64,000 nucleotides of DNA. It comes from Stegostoma tigrinum. Lineage: Eukaryota. The notes beneath the pieces are model-generated. The model was given only the letters and a program-made list of their open reading frames with translations, did no database searches and was not told the DNA's origin. Below, piece after piece: positions 49,326 through 63,332 of the stretch (position 1 is its first letter; the number at the start of each line of letters is the position of its first letter). Where the stretch lies: NCBI RefSeq assembly GCF_030684315.1, contig NC_081382.1, forward strand, positions 34,110,620-34,174,619, written 5' to 3'. The translations under genes were made by a program, and so were the position numbers.

Positions 49326-51009
49326 ATGATATTAGCATCTCTCATGGATTGCTTGGGTTGCAGCACTGTTCTACCATTCCTGTCAACTAACCTTTTCATT
49401 TTATCTACAATGAATTTTGTTGTTGAACTTTGGTTCCCAACTAGAAGTGCCAAGTCGTTACCCACAATCACATAGCGTAGTTTCTCCTAGCTCTATGGCT
49501 ATGATCTATCTGTGACCTTGCCACACAGTGGTTCTCACTTCAATCTCTCTCACGCCTTTGTACCTAAAGGTGTTTAGGGGACTGGCCCAGTGGTTATGAA
49601 ATGGGGTTGTTCCACCTGTTCGGTTTGCAGCCCTGCTTGCTGTCCCTTTGTTTCACCTTACAGTCTGCAAGTTTGTCTTGTTTCACTCAGTGCCTCTAAC
49701 CATCTAGCCAGTATGACCTGTGTGTGCAAGTAAAGGTACTTGCCCACTTTGTATATCTGTTTCTCTTGCTTCCTGGCTAGGCCAATTGTTGTAGTCTAAA
49801 ATGATACTGTAAACAGGCAGCATTCACCTCTTAAACAAGACAACAGATTCATTCTACAAATATGCCTAGGGCAACAGCACTCTAAGACTGCATCCCTAAT
49901 CAATTTAAGTTGCATGTCAATACATTTTCCAGTTATATCAGTTACATGGATTTCCTGATTGTCCTCAGATTACAAGATATGTGCAGGGATTACAGTATTT
50001 CTCACTACTGTGTAAACCCAGACAGGCCTCTAATTTACAAAGTAAAATTAAACAGTTTCACCAGTCAGAGTGTGTTCTGCAGTGCTGGAGCCCTATGTAG
50101 TACTAATCAGGTGCCAGACAGTTCCACAACAGTGGTATCTTCTGTGTATTAAAACAATTCCTCACCCCACCCAGCATGGCATTCATCTCATCCAGAGACT
50201 AACTGATCCTTTTGGTTTACAGTACTATTGGTGGAATGTTTTTGAAAATGTTGGTAACAATATTGATAAAGGAGACCAGATGGTTGAAGCATACTTAAAT
50301 TTTCGGAAGGCTTTTGATAAATTAGGAGGTGGTTAGAAAAATTTAAGTTCATGGGACCGGAGGTAATGTACTGCCATGGCTTAATGATTGGCTAACAGGC
50401 AGAAAACAGAATAGAAATAAATAGTTTGTTCTCCTATTGGAAGACAGTGACCAGAGCAGAACCACAAAGATAAGTACATAGGGCCCCAGCTGTTCACGAT
50501 GTAACTGTTGGAACCAAATACAGTATTTCAAAATTTGTGGATGATCCGAAACTAAGTGTGAATGTGTAGGAGCAAATTGTTGTACATGCTGGAATCAGTA
50601 CTAAAAACAAAAAATGCTGGAAATCAATGGGTCAGGCAGCATCCACGGAGAGAGCAAGCCAACATTTTGAGTCTAAATGACTCTTCGTAAATATAGTGGA
50701 ATATCCTTTGTTGTTACATGTGCAGAAGTACACGAGTACAGTGAAAAGCTTACAATGCTAACCCACATGGTGCCATCTTAGATATAAAGTAATTAGGCAC
50801 AGGTTTTAGACACAAAATAGAGAAATAAAGGAAAAAGTTATATTACTTAGTTATTCATAATACAAATTAGAAAAATGAGAAATAAAGCTAAAAGGATATG
50901 CATTACAAACTTTTTAAAAAGAACCCACAGTAAGTCGGCGCAGGGGGCTTCGCATGTGGTCTGACTGGGTTCACAAGCCACCAATCGTCCACACCAGGAG
51001 CGAGTTAAC

Positions 51010-51725
51010 AATCTGAAGGTGTTGAATTCGATATCAAGTCCTGAAGGTTGAAAAGTGCCTAGTCTGAAGATGAGATGCTGTTCCTTCAATTTGTGATGTG
51101 ATTTGCTTGAGCTTGCTGAGGACAGACTAGTGGGCACGTGAACTGGATCCTGTGTTAAAATGACCAGCTACAGGAAGGTTGGGGTCATGCTTACACATGA
51201 GCCGGAGATGTTCTGCAAAGCAGTCACCCAATCTGCGTTTGGCTTCTGCAATGTAGAGTAAATCACATTGGATTCAGTGAATGCAGTAGATCAGATCGGG
51301 GGAGGTACAAATGAAATGCTGTTTCACCTGGAAAGACTGTTTAGCCTGTTGGATGGTGAACAAGGAAGAAGTGAAGGGGCAGGTGTTGCATCTTCTGTGC
51401 TTCCAGGGGAAGGGACTTGGTGTTGGTAGTTATCGAAGAGGATTAGGGTGTCCCAGAGAGAACAATCCCTATGAAATGCAGACATGGGAGTGAGGGGAAG
51501 ATGTGTTTGGTGGTGGCTTTCTGCTGGACTTGTCTGAAGTAGCAGAGAAAGACCTTTTGAATGCAGAGGCTGGTGAGATGAAAAATGAGGATGGGGAGAC
51601 CTAATCATGAAGTTGTGAGCAATGGGAAGGGGTGTAAGGACAGAAGTGCTGGTGGTAGATTGAAAGGGCCCTCAAATGCATCCAACCACAGAGTGTGGGG
51701 GATCACAGTTATGGAAGAAGGAAGC
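51010..51725 (-). mobile_element. Decayed PLE (thumb-GIY-YIG)
   Basis: KLKEQHLIFRLGTFQPSGLDIEFNTF and PMSAFHRDCSLWDTL. Confidence 0.75.
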
Positions 51726-51744
51726 CATAAATGTTCACCAGACT

Positions 51745-52190
51745 CCATCCTGGGATGTTGAGACTATTCTGTGAGGAAAGATTGGACAAACTGGGCTTGT
51801 ATTCTCTTGGGTTTTGAAGAATGAGAGGTGATTTCATTGAATTTTACAAAATACTTAAGAGGATAGACAGGATAAATGCAGATAAGATGTTTCCCTGCTT
51901 GAACCATACAGCACAATTTGAAAGTAAATGAGATACTATTTAGGTTCAAAATAAGAATTTTATTTTTGACTCTAAATGTTATGAATCTTTGGAATTCTCT
52001 GCTAGTGTTGTGGAAGTGTAAGTTTAGATAATGCTTAGGGTAGAGGTTGATTAATTTCTGTTTACCAAGGGCAAAAAAGTGTATTGGGAATAGGGTGAGT
52101 AAAAGGCATTGAAGCTGTCCATCAGTCATTATCATATTGAATCGCAGGGCAGGTTTAGTTGGCTGGATGGCCTACTCCTGTTCCCTTTTC
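51745..52190 (+). mobile_element. CR1 3' end
   Basis: gaggaaagattggacaaactgggcttgtattctctt...gagaggtgatttcattgaa...cctactcctgttcc. Confidence 0.7.
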
Positions 52191-54289
52191 ACTTTACTCC
52201 TACTAATGGTCCAAGGCAGGTTTAATAGAGACTCCTTGAGACAATGTAAAGACCTTCAAACAGTAGGCACTCTGTGGGAAAGGCTATAAATCACATAATA
52301 GGAGCATGTGGATAGAATAGAGCAATTTTGGATGACTTTAATCTTCAATTTGATTGGGTCAATGAAATTGGAAATGCATGTTTGGGTGATTAGCTTTCCT
52401 GTCTTTGTTTCCAAGGTTAAATGTTTTGATGCCGGTTTACTGTTGTCTTGTCCCGTCCCCTTGGCAGTGTCTTCAGCTGTAGAAATTTCTATATGTATAT
52501 TATACTTCAGTAAGATTACGTTTTCCATCTTGCAATGTGCTGAAACAACTGTAGAGTATATTGAATTTTGAAAAATGACCACCAGTGTATGTGTTTCTTT
52601 TACATCCGTTTCTTTCAACACTGAGATGTAAATCGTCTGATGCAGGGGTTTTGGGTACTTTAAGTGCCAATAACTTCTCTCTTTCTTAATTTTTTAAAAA
52701 CTAATTTTAACATTTTGTAGTTCCTCATTCTTTTTAATTAGTCTCTAGATTTGATTTCTGGGAGATTGTTAGGAGCTCTTATGCCCCATTATAAAATCTT
52801 CTGACTATGTTTGAAATGGGCTAACATCTGTTTTTGCTCATGCTTTCTACAAACCTATAGAAGCCTTCAGGTGTTTTTTTTAAATTTCCCACTGGTTTAC
52901 TTTCATTCTATTTTCCTTTTTATTAATCTTTTCTCTTGGTCCTCCTTTGCAGAGTTCTAAAGTGCTTCTTCAGGTTTACCATTATTTTAACTTCTTTATT
53001 AGGTCAAACAAAGGCATTTATACAATTCTTGTTTGTTAGCCATGGTTGGAACACATTCATTGCTGAGTTTTTGTCTTAGAAAAGAATTTACTTTTGTTCA
53101 GTTTAAGACCCTAGTTTCTGATTTGACTGCCTAGTTTCTGATCTGTTTTACTATTGATCTTTTAAGCTGATTCTGGAGTTCTTAGATTTGGAATGAGTTA
53201 AATCTGTAGTAATGGTTTGAATGGTCTCTTCTGGCTTTTGTCTTGTCAAAGCTGTAAAGGCTGAGACTGAAACTTGGCAGTTGTCTTCTATTCTTTGACA
53301 GCTTGCATCTGAGGTCCTTTCCAGTTCTTTCCCAGTAATTACAGTTACCATGGTTATGAACTTGAAATGTCAAGACAAGTTTGCTCTTGAGAAGAAGTGG
53401 AAGTTGACCTTATTGGCAGTGTATCAAAAATTTGGAATGTATGATCATTTAGAGAGAGGATGCGGGGGATTTGTTTGTAACTTCCATATGGAAAGCAACC
53501 AGTATAAACAGGCATCAATAATGTGACAAGAGCAAGAAAAATTGAGATTAGTAGTTTCATAATGTATAGCAGTTGAGCTTTAGAGAAAAAATGTTTTGTT
53601 GGTTAGGTTTTAGATGAACAATATCCCAAGGACTTTCTGTTTTGTTGTTTCTTTAAACCTTTTCTTCCAGCAGTCTCCTGAAGCTTAGACCAAGTAGACA
53701 GCCTTGTTTGAACAATTTTTACAACTTGGTTGACAGGCCTGAAGTTTTGACTAGCTGTAGTATGTCGTGAATTCAGTGTGTCTAATTTTAAATTTGGTTC
53801 TAGTGATAGGTGTGCAGTGTCAAAATATTACCTCTCCTATGTGAAGTAGACCAGGAGCATTGCCAGGTTCTTTTGGTTTTCTTGATCTTGTTTTCCAAGG
53901 CGCATATTAATACATTTTACAGCATTGAACAGTATCAGAGCCATTGTTGCTCTCCCATTTGCTGGAATTAGTTACTTTAGAATAGTTTAGTGATTTTTTG
54001 GGTCTAACTGATTCCAAATGACATTAGGTAGCATTAAATTACAAATCCTCACAGAGTTGTATATATTTTTCACAATTTTCTGGAAAAAAATTAACATTTT
54101 TTCCTACAATATGAACAAAAGTGTAATATTTATCAGCCATAATTTGTTCATTTTTCAGCTGCATATGTTCTGATTACAATTGCAGAGGACACCCCCTCTA
54201 ACAGTACGAGAGAAATAGAAAAACAAGTATGTAGATGTAAAGTAATCTGCTAATGACAATAAAGCATTTCAACTTGCCCAACATTAAGT

Positions 54290-54670
54290 GGGATAATCAT
54301 TCTGTGAAAAGTTTAGAGGTGGAATTCTTAAAAGTTTCATCGAGGGTACTGTTATTCAAGAAGTGAGCAAGGGATAAACCAAGAAATTAGAAGCTAGTTC
54401 AATCTAATCTCGGTGGCGAGAAACTATTGGAAGTAATTCTGAGGGGCAGAATTAATTTTCATTTGAGAGGCATCGATTAATCAACTACAGCCAGCGTGCT
54501 TTTGTTAAGGAGGAAGTTATGTCTGACCAACTGGATTGATTTTTGTTTATTTTTTGTAGAGGTGATCAAGTGTGTAGATGAGGGCAAAGCTTTGGATGTA
54601 GTCTACTTAGACTTCAGTAATGCTTTGGATTAGGGAAACATGGGAGACTGATAGCTTAGGAAAGAGTCTG
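54290..54670 (+). mobile_element. CR1 RT fragment, decayed
   Basis: tcatg/ttatgtctgaccaac...gatgagggcaaagctttggatgtagtctacttagacttcagtaatgcttt (DEGKALDVVYLDFSNAF). Confidence 0.7.
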
Positions 54671-54679
54671 TAGATACGT

Positions 54680-57600
54680 CCCTGTCTGCCCTATGACACT
54701 GCTGTTGTCTCCTCCCTGTGTGTGGCCAACCCTGGCTCAGAGACACAAGACCAATGATCCCATCTGGACCAGCTCAGTGCCCTGAGGGACAATTCCAAAT
54801 ATTTCATCCAGTCTGTCATTGCTTCCTTTGATACAAACTTCATGACCATTACTTCGGGGGGCTATCCATGACCACGAGTGGCCTGTGTCCCTTACCGGTC
54901 TCATGAGATTGGCGTGAATTTGCTGACAGTGTTTGAAGCCATTCTCATAGGTGAAGGAGTGATAATAGTGGCATCATATTAATGCACAGGATTCACATGA
55001 TCCCACTTTCTCCCCAGTCTGGTAGCCTGCATTTGTCTGCTGAAAAATAGCTTCTGGCTGTTTTGTTTATTCGTACCATGCTAGGATGCCTTTAGTGCAC
55101 TTGTTCTAGCATCTTCTGTCTTAACGGGAGAGGAGTAACAGCTCTTATTCCCCTACATTAACTCCCAACTCCTGGACAGGTAAGGGCATAGTTCTGGGAG
55201 GTTTCCATGAATGGTCCTCCCTTTGAAGACTAAGTCTACCACTTGGTTCAAAACCAGATTGTTCCAAGTAACATTCTGCACCTGATTAGCTGGCACCAGC
55301 GTTTTGGCATCTTGGGAGAAATACACACTTTTCAGGTTGTAGTATTCCCCGGTAAAAGCAGCCTTGACAGGGCATCTGTGATGCTGTACTTCTCTGCCTG
55401 TCGGTATTTGTTGTCATATGAGTGGGCTGACAGAGCCAGTGCCCATCTCTTCAGGTGTGCTGTAAATGGGCCAGAAATGGAGCTTAGACGTCTATGGTCA
55501 GTCAGTAACTTGAAGTGTGTGCCGAGGAATTGGGTGAACTTTTTCAATGTCAGATACAATGCTCAGTCCTCCTTTTTCAACTTGAACATAATTCTCGTCA
55601 GTCTTTATTAGTGACCTCAATGCAAATGCAATGGGCCCTTCCTGTCCATTCAGTAATATGTGCAAGAATACAACGCCTACACCAACCCCATAGAAGCATC
55701 ACACGCTAATGGTAGTGTCAAGTTTGAGTCGACATGTGTTAACATTGCCAACATTTTTAAGGCTTACTTTACCACCTCATTCCAAGCTACCTCACATTCC
55801 TGGGCCATTTCCACAGACACCCTTTTCTGAGCAACCAATGCAGGGATTTTAACAGTTACCAGAACTTGCTTTAGTAATTCACAAATCCCAGGAATGAGTT
55901 CAGTCGAGTCGCATTCTCTGGTTTAGTGGCCTTTGTGATAGCCTCCATCTTCTTGGGTGCTTTGTGGACTTCCTCCCCATCAATTACATGGCCCGAGTAA
56001 GGAGCCTTTTTTAAAAACAAAAATTGTATTTCCTCCTTTTTTGCTTGTAGGCCATGTTCCTGCAATCTTTTTTGGGTTCCTTCTTAATTTTTTGTTTCAA
56101 ATGCTGCTGTTCCAAGGATTCAGTAATCAAAATATCATCCACACAACACTGGATTCTAGCAACCTGCTTAATATTTGATCCATGTCTACATAATGCAGGG
56201 TATTCCTCTGGAACATAGCTGGTACTGATGCGATGCCTACAAGCCATTGCCTGTAGCAGAAAAGTCCCCTGTGTGTCACTAGCATCAGCAGCAGCTGAGA
56301 CTCTCTCATGACCTGCATCTATACATAGGGCTGTAACAGCTACATATTTAAAAATTTCATGTCCCCCGCCAGTCCACTGAATAGATCTTTGGAGTCAAAA
56401 GGGGTATTGGCCCACTGGGTTGACTGTGATCTTAAAGTCGCCACTAATCTTTACCATACGATCTGTTTTTAAGACCAAAACAATGGGAGTGACTTGCTCA
56501 CTGGTGGTTACTAGTTCTACTGGTCCCAGATTCACCACCCATTCCAGTTTTGCCTCTACTTTCGGCCAGATGGCGTATCGTACCAGATGCATCTTCAGAC
56601 TCCTGAGCGTCGGGTTTCAGCTGTAATGTAATTTTAACTCCTTTTTGTTTCCCCCAGGATCCCTTTGAAGGCATCTTTATGCTTGTTCACGATCTGTTGC
56701 CAACCCATGTTTGAGTTCACCCAGCCTATTAAGCATACCCCAGTTTAACCATAAGTTTTATAACCAGCGGTGTCTAAATAATGCGAAGTGTTTGCCTTTT
56801 GCCATGCAATATAACAGTTCTACACACTGGCCTCTTAACTGTACTTTCAGCAGTACGTAGCCCTTCAGTGACACCACTTGTTCTATGTATGTTCATAGTA
56901 TAATCTTGGTAGACTTCAGTCCTAGTGCCCTCAATTTCATCTTATAGACAGATTTGTAAATCAGCGGCCCCACTGTGCCTATATCCACTTCCATTTTTAC
57001 TGTCTTCCTCTTTGGCTTTGGGAAGAACCCAGAAACAATCAATTTCACACTCAGTTTAACTGAAACTGCTGACTCTGGGCCATCTTATGCAGACCAGCTG
57101 GCACTGCCTACTCCCAGGCTGGTAGCACGTACCTTATGCGTTGTCCTCAGGGTTGTTTCTTTCTAACTCTCTTTATTTGGGTTGTACCTGGCAGTCTCAG
57201 GCAATATGACCTACTCGCTTAAACCTGTGGCACTGGGCTTCTCGAGTCCAACATGTTGACTCCTTTTAACCATTCTTGCCACATCGGCTGCACTTTGCCA
57301 AGCTTTTACTACTTGATATACCCTGGCATTGTCAAGCAACTGGGTTGCCTTGCTTGTGGCCAACTCCATTGTGATAGCATATTTAAAAGCTGTCACAAAA
57401 TCCAGGTATCTCCTTTTTCGGGTGACTTAAAATCAAAGGCCACAAGCCAAATGGTCCCACAAGGCTTGGAGGAACCTTCCTAATTTGCAGTGTTCACTAA
57501 CTTCTTTAAGGTGGCCACAAATTGGGCAATGGATTCTCTTCTATGCTATATGCTGTACCTGTTTGTAATAATGGAAATAACCGCTATCATCAGCAACTTA

Positions 57601-58443
57601 TTTGCGCAATAATTTCATAACACTTAACATCACTCTGGGAATGCCTTGTCTGCAGGTTTCTCTGGTTGCACCAGACTGCTGAGAATTGCAAAGGTCTTGC
57701 TTCCAATGGTACTTAAGAAAACTGGTACCAAGGTGACCTCAGCCACTTTGTTTGCCTTTAAGAACAAATTAAAGTATTCCATTATAAAGGGCAGTTTTCT
57801 GACTCTTCATCAAATGAACCCATCACCCCAAACTGGACCGCCATTTTGTTTTCCCACCACTTGAGTCTAGTAATTTGCAGCCTGAGTCCCTTTGGTGAAT
57901 GCTGTCCATGTCAGCTGCTTCCTCATCATCTGCGCTAGTGTACCGTTCCTCCTGGTGTCACCCACACCCTGAGTCCCCTCGCAAGTGCTCTCTGTGACAA
58001 TTTCAGTAACCCCGTTGCATACTGTCATCTTTAGCCATTGGTCAGAGGCCCTTCATAACTGCTGCTCTTGGCCCAATTACTGGTTTCCGTTTCCTTCCTG
58101 GCATGCACTGCGGCCTTAATCCTCTCATGACCACTTGCTTAATGTTACCTCCTTACACCGTTTGTGAAGTCTGGGTGTCCTTTCTAGACTGGAAAAAAAA
58201 AACATCTAGTTCATGTGCTAGATCTCGCTCTCGTTGCCAAATGTTAAGCTGGTGCTTCCTTTGCAGCCAGGAATTATATAGCATGTAGACAAATGGTAAA
58301 TCTGAATAGGAATAGTTTATTACCGATGCTCCACGACTTGCATCTCCACAACTAGTTCTAGACTGGACCCGAGCTCTGCCACTGAGTTACCTGTCCTGCT
58401 GCCTTAAAGGGGCAGATACCCAGCCCCAAGTACATTCATCACA
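54680..58443 (-). mobile_element. Ty3/Gypsy LTR retrotransposon remnant (5' LTR, PBS, gag, PR, RT, RNase H), 3' part missing
   Basis: YAIWPKVEAKL..TPIVLVLKTDRMVKISGDFKITVNP; THRGLFCY..GIASVPAMFQR; CCVDDILIT; FKLLTDHRRL..LKRWALALSAHSY..DALSRL. PBS tggcaacgag at 58239-58230. Putative LTR TGTGATG...AACA at 58443-58242. Confidence 0.85.
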
Positions 58444-58449
58444 CAAAGC

Positions 58450-60950
58450 ACCATACTCTTTGCCCCGCTTCCCAAATGCAGTTGTGGGCCAATAGTGCTG
58501 GCCAGGTGTGCGATGAGGGCGATGGCCAGCAACATGGAGAGGAGAGCAGGCAAGAAGAGCAATGCGGCAGACTGCAGTGAGGGGAGAGGCCAGAGAGACA
58601 GTGGCAAGGTTTTTCCCCAGCAGGACTAATGGTAGGGTGGGAAGCAGAAATGGGGCATACTACTTTTGGTTCCAATGAGCTGTGGATGAAACAATGGGGG
58701 GAGGGGAGCTGCAAAAAGAAGAGTAGGATAGTGAAGGAGACGCAGCAACAAGGGCTGCAGTATAACTGGTTCCAGTTACAGTGTGGTCCGGGAGCGCGAT
58801 GTTTTCATCACTGGTACCAACTGATTGGCCAAGACTTTCTGGAGGTGTATAATCATATGCTTCTTGCAAGTAGCAAGTGCGATTCAGTGAGGAAATATCA
58901 CCGTCATCCATAAACGGAAGTGGGAGAGAGAGGAAATTAGAAATTGGAGACCAATTTCACTGCTGAATGGAAATTACAAAATCCTGTCTAAGGTCATTGC
59001 TAAATGGGTCAGATCTGCTCAGGGATCAATGATTCACCCTGACCAACATGTGCTATACAGGGCAGGGCAATCTGAGAGCCTTGCGCTCCTCAGGGATGCA
59101 ATGCTCCATGTGCAGGACAGGGAGGAGTGGGGGGGGGTGGGGGTGAACACCTGCCTCATCAGCCTAGACCAGGAGAAGGCCTTTGACAGGATATCATATA
59201 CCTACAAGTGGGACGTGGTCTGTAAAATGGGCCTTGGGGAGGAAATCTATAATTGGATCTGACTGCTCATCACCAACATCAGTAGTGCAGTTTCAATTAA
59301 GGGTGGGAAGCAGAAAGTTTCCCTATCAGATCCAGAATCAGGCAGGGCAGGCAACACTCTCCTGCCCTGTATCTGTGGTGCTTAGAGCCTTTTGCCGAAT
59401 CCATTAGGAAGGATGCAAGCCTGGGAGGGGTGACTATTCAGGGAGTGGAGGCCTGCAGGTCAAAGCCTGCCTGTACATAGATGATGATGTCATTTTCTGA
59501 TCTGATTCACTGTTGGTGCGAAACTCATAAGCATCTACAACCAGTTTGAACTGGCCTTGGGAGCTAAGGTAAATCGAGTCAAGAGTAAGGCCAAGTTCTT
59601 TGAGAACTGGGCCAACTGACCCTTTATCCCCTTCGCCGTCAGGACAGATCACCCAAAGGTGCTGGGAATATGAGTAAAAGGGGCTGGGGCATGCGCAAAG
59701 ACTTGGGAGGAGCATATTACCAAATTGAGACAGAAACTGGGCTTTTGTGTGCATGCCCCGTCTCTGTTGCGAATAAAAATGTCACTGTTGTTGTTCATGG
59801 TATAGGTCTGGCCCGTTCTCAGAAGCTGCACCATTTCAGTCATCCAAGCCATTTTCCCCTTCAACTGGACATCTAAGGTGGACCGTGTCTGCAGGAATAT
59901 AATGTGCAAAGTTTTAGATAAGCAGGAGAAGAACATACTCAATATCACTGTCTGGCTGATAGCCACCTTTGTGTGTGTGGCTGCATCAAGATGTACATGG
60001 ACTTCAAGCTTCAGTATGTACTGAGGTTCTGCCATTCCCTGGTGATGCTAAGGGTGGGATTGACCTTGTTGCCGTGGAACACTCCCAAGTAGTTGGACTT
60101 TTCGGTGTCTCCTGTGCTTTTGTGAAGAAATTTGCAAAGCAAAACACCTTTGACTACAGTTCCATCTGGAAGTGGTCAGCATGTAGGAAATTCCTGCTGG
60201 AAAAGGAGAGGGTGGATCCTGTCTGGTTGTTTCCTGAGTAGACTGTCATAGTTGTTTAGCAGAATGCCTCATCACTAGAACTTTCCAACAAGCACCTAGA
60301 CACTGCTTGGCTGCTAGTGAGAATGGCACTGCCTGTGAGATCCCTTCATGTACATCAGAACACCCTGCACTACTGCACACTGCCATCAGAGTGGCTGTGG
60401 GGATTAGAAACTGTCAAAAACCTTCTGCAATGTGCCTTTGCAAAGGAAGTCTGGAGAAAGATGCATTGGCTTTTGTCAAGGTTTTTACTAAGCATCTCTA
60501 TGATGCAGGGTTCTGTGCTCAGTTTCCTGGGATGCGTACCAAGACAAACATTAACTGCGCTTGGCTCTTTGGTCTACCTGAAACCTGTTGGTCTTTCCAA
60601 GCAAGGAGTTGAACCTAACAGAGTGTAGACTGGCACATTTCAAGCTCCTGGACTGTGTGCTGAGGAACGCACTAAAGCCTAGGACAGCTGCCACCAAAGC
60701 ACAGTGGGGAACAACCACTGTCTCAGGTTTTTCAGCCGAAGTACAATGAGGGCCTGTTCAGTTATTGGATGCCCCCTCCACCTCAACTATATGTAACTGT
60801 AATCAAAAACCAGAAAGAAATGCCTTTGGTTTGTTTGTTGGATTGAGTCAGTCTTTGTTTCTTTATACATTACTGTACAGAGCCAAACTGCGTTAGTGAC
60901 TATGTATGCATATGAAGATATTTTTATGTAAATTTCTGAAATTAAAAAAC
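58450..60950 (+). mobile_element. Tx1-clade LINE ORF2 (RT to 3' end), frameshifted
   Basis: NWRPISLLN..YKILSKVIA; IHPDQ; CLISLDQEKAFDRIS; LYIDDD; ETVKNLLQCAFAKEVW (zinc-knuckle region). A/T-rich tail at ~60920-60950. Confidence 0.85.
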
Positions 60951-61929
60951 TTCCTGTTCAAGTGCAACAGTAAGATATACAGATATTATTAAGGGCAGTG
61001 GCCAGCAACTAGTTGTACATTGAGGGAGAGATACCAACAGACAACACACTGCATCTGGTTTCAGTGTGTTTTTTTTGTCCACAATGATAAAGCCAACAGC
61101 ACCAACATCTTATACAAGTAGTGGGGAATATACCATCATTAAAGATGGAGGTTTGGCTAGCCAAACTGAGGCAGCAGCAAATTTGCACTGCTTCCAGTTC
61201 AAGTGCACTGTCATGATACCAACGTCCTGTTCAAGTTAGCAGATGTGCTGTAATTTTTCTGTCTTCGCGTGTTCACTGAGTGTTGTGAGGAAATAATAAC
61301 TATTATTTTGAGACTTGTCAGCAAAAGCTCAGATCTTACAACTAATTGACAAAATATTAATTCCTCAAAATGTATAACAATATAGTTTAAAATAAATTCT
61401 AACACCTACTTTTAGTTCAGCAAACTGTTAAGTGCAAATATATTTATATATGCATGCCCTAGTTCTGACCTTGAGTTAGCTTCTCAATCATTTGTGCAGT
61501 TTTAAATATGCTGACAAAGGCATGCTGATGTCAGTAACATTCTTTTAAAAAGGACAAATTTTGGTGCTGAAATGTTTATAGTCATTAAGTTATTGTTTCA
61601 GGCAGACCTGAAATCTGATCTTCCTTCCTATTTTACAGTGTTGTGTGTCATTCCTATAACTGCTTTTCCTTCCCTCCCTCTGCAGCTTTGCATGGGCTGA
61701 GCCTTTCCAAATTTTCATGTTTCCTGCTTCTCTTTGTCTCATTCCCAAGACAGCATAGACAAAAAAAATGTGCAATTAATTGGATTTGGCTCTGTAAGGT
61801 GAGCGCAAATTCATTTTAACCAACGTTTGCATGCTATTTTAAAGCTTTATATTTTACATTTTTATTTAAAGCAATTGACTGAGGTAAAGTTGGTTGTTCA
61901 CCTTAGAAACCAAAACACAAATCAGTGCT

Positions 61930-62335
61930 AAGATAACATGGCATGAAGCTGGATGAACATAGCAGGCCGAGTAGGAAAGTTTGATGTTTCGGGGTCAGAC
62001 CCTTCTTCAGAAATGGGGGAGGGGAAGGGGATTCTGAAATAAATAAGGAGACAGGGTAAGGCGGATAGAAGATGGATAAAGGAGAAGATAGGGTGAGAGA
62101 AGATAGACAGATCAAAGAGGCGGGGTTAGAGCCAGTGAAGGTGAATGTAGCTGGGGAGTTAGGGAGGCTTCAGGTCAGTCCAGGGAGAACCCACATGTCA
62201 AGGAGGTGGGATGAGGTTAGTGAGTAGGAGATGGGTGTAGGGCTTGAGTTGGGAGGAATGGTTAGGGAGGCGGGGGACTAGCTGGGCTGGTTTTGGGATG
62301 TGGTCGGGAGAGGAGATTTTGAAGCTTGTGAAATT
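61930..62335 (-). mobile_element. PLE 3' UTR fragment
   Basis: Reverse of the cttcacaagcttcaaaatctc...ctgaagaagggtctgaccccgaaacatcaa...gttatct end. Confidence 0.8.
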
Positions 62336-63185
62336 TTGAGGTTTTGAAGCTTTCTGAAACAATGTAATTTTAAAAATATGTTCTAGATTTCAGTTTGGAA
62401 TTTGTTTATTTAATGTTTAATGATCAGTATGTCAATATACCTTTTAAGTGACACGCCGATGATACCATCACTGTCATAGCATTTGACCTAAGGGCATGAA
62501 GGTCATCCTCCGAATCACTTTTAAGTGTAACATGCCACAAGAAGTATGCTACTATGTGTAACTTCGTAGCTTAACATTAGCCCAGATGTTGTGTCTGATG
62601 GATGTCATGTTTATTTGTAATTGTAAGCTTGTAATAAATAACTGATTATTCAATGTCACAATATTCATGCCTAGTTTCCAGTGCCACAAAGGATAACACA
62701 ACATTGCCGCATCAGGTAAAATACCCCACTGATGTGCAAAATCACATCAAGCTCAAGGATAAATAGAAGTGGATCCTTAAATAAAAGAAAGTCAGCTCAG
62801 ATTTCCCAAAAATACAAATTGTGTTTATCTAACTTAATTGAGTTCTTTGGTGAAATAATAGAGAGGGTTGATGAATAGGACTGAGGGTCCATCGTTAATG
62901 TGAACTCTCGACTCTGTTTCTCTTTACTGAAATTGCCTGGTCTGAAGATTTTTGGCATTTTTTGACTTTTATCTCTTGGAGAACTATATGTACAGCTAAT
63001 GAAAATGCACATAGCAACAGTGCATTGACATGCTGAAACTCTGCAACAGAGACTGTCAGTGGCACAAACGTTGCAGACATATTTGGAATTGTGTCCCAAC
63101 TTGTAGTTCCTTCTTCCTGGAACACTAGCCTCAAGTTTGAGGTGGCCACAAGAGGGATGAGAGTGGTGTGCTGTTACTCGAACCC

Positions 63186-63332
63186 TTACAGTGTGGAAAC
63201 AGGCCCTTCAGCCCAACAAGTCCACACCGAACCCCAGAGCACCCCATCCCCCGTAACCCACCCATTCTATACATCCCCGAACACTGTGGGCAATTTAGCA
63301 TGGCCATTCACCTAATCTGTACATCTTTGGAC
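63186..63332 (-). mobile_element. HE1-type SINE 3' half
   Basis: tacagtgtggaaacaggcccttcagcccaacaagtccacaccg...gggcaatttagcatggccattcacctaatctgtacatctttggac. Confidence 0.8.

Noticed and set aside
49969-50041. Candidate phase 0>1 exon (ITRYVQGLQYFSLLCKPRQASNLQ)
   Set aside because: Weak donor (a|gtaaaa) and no recognisable similarity to ENG or TGFBR3.
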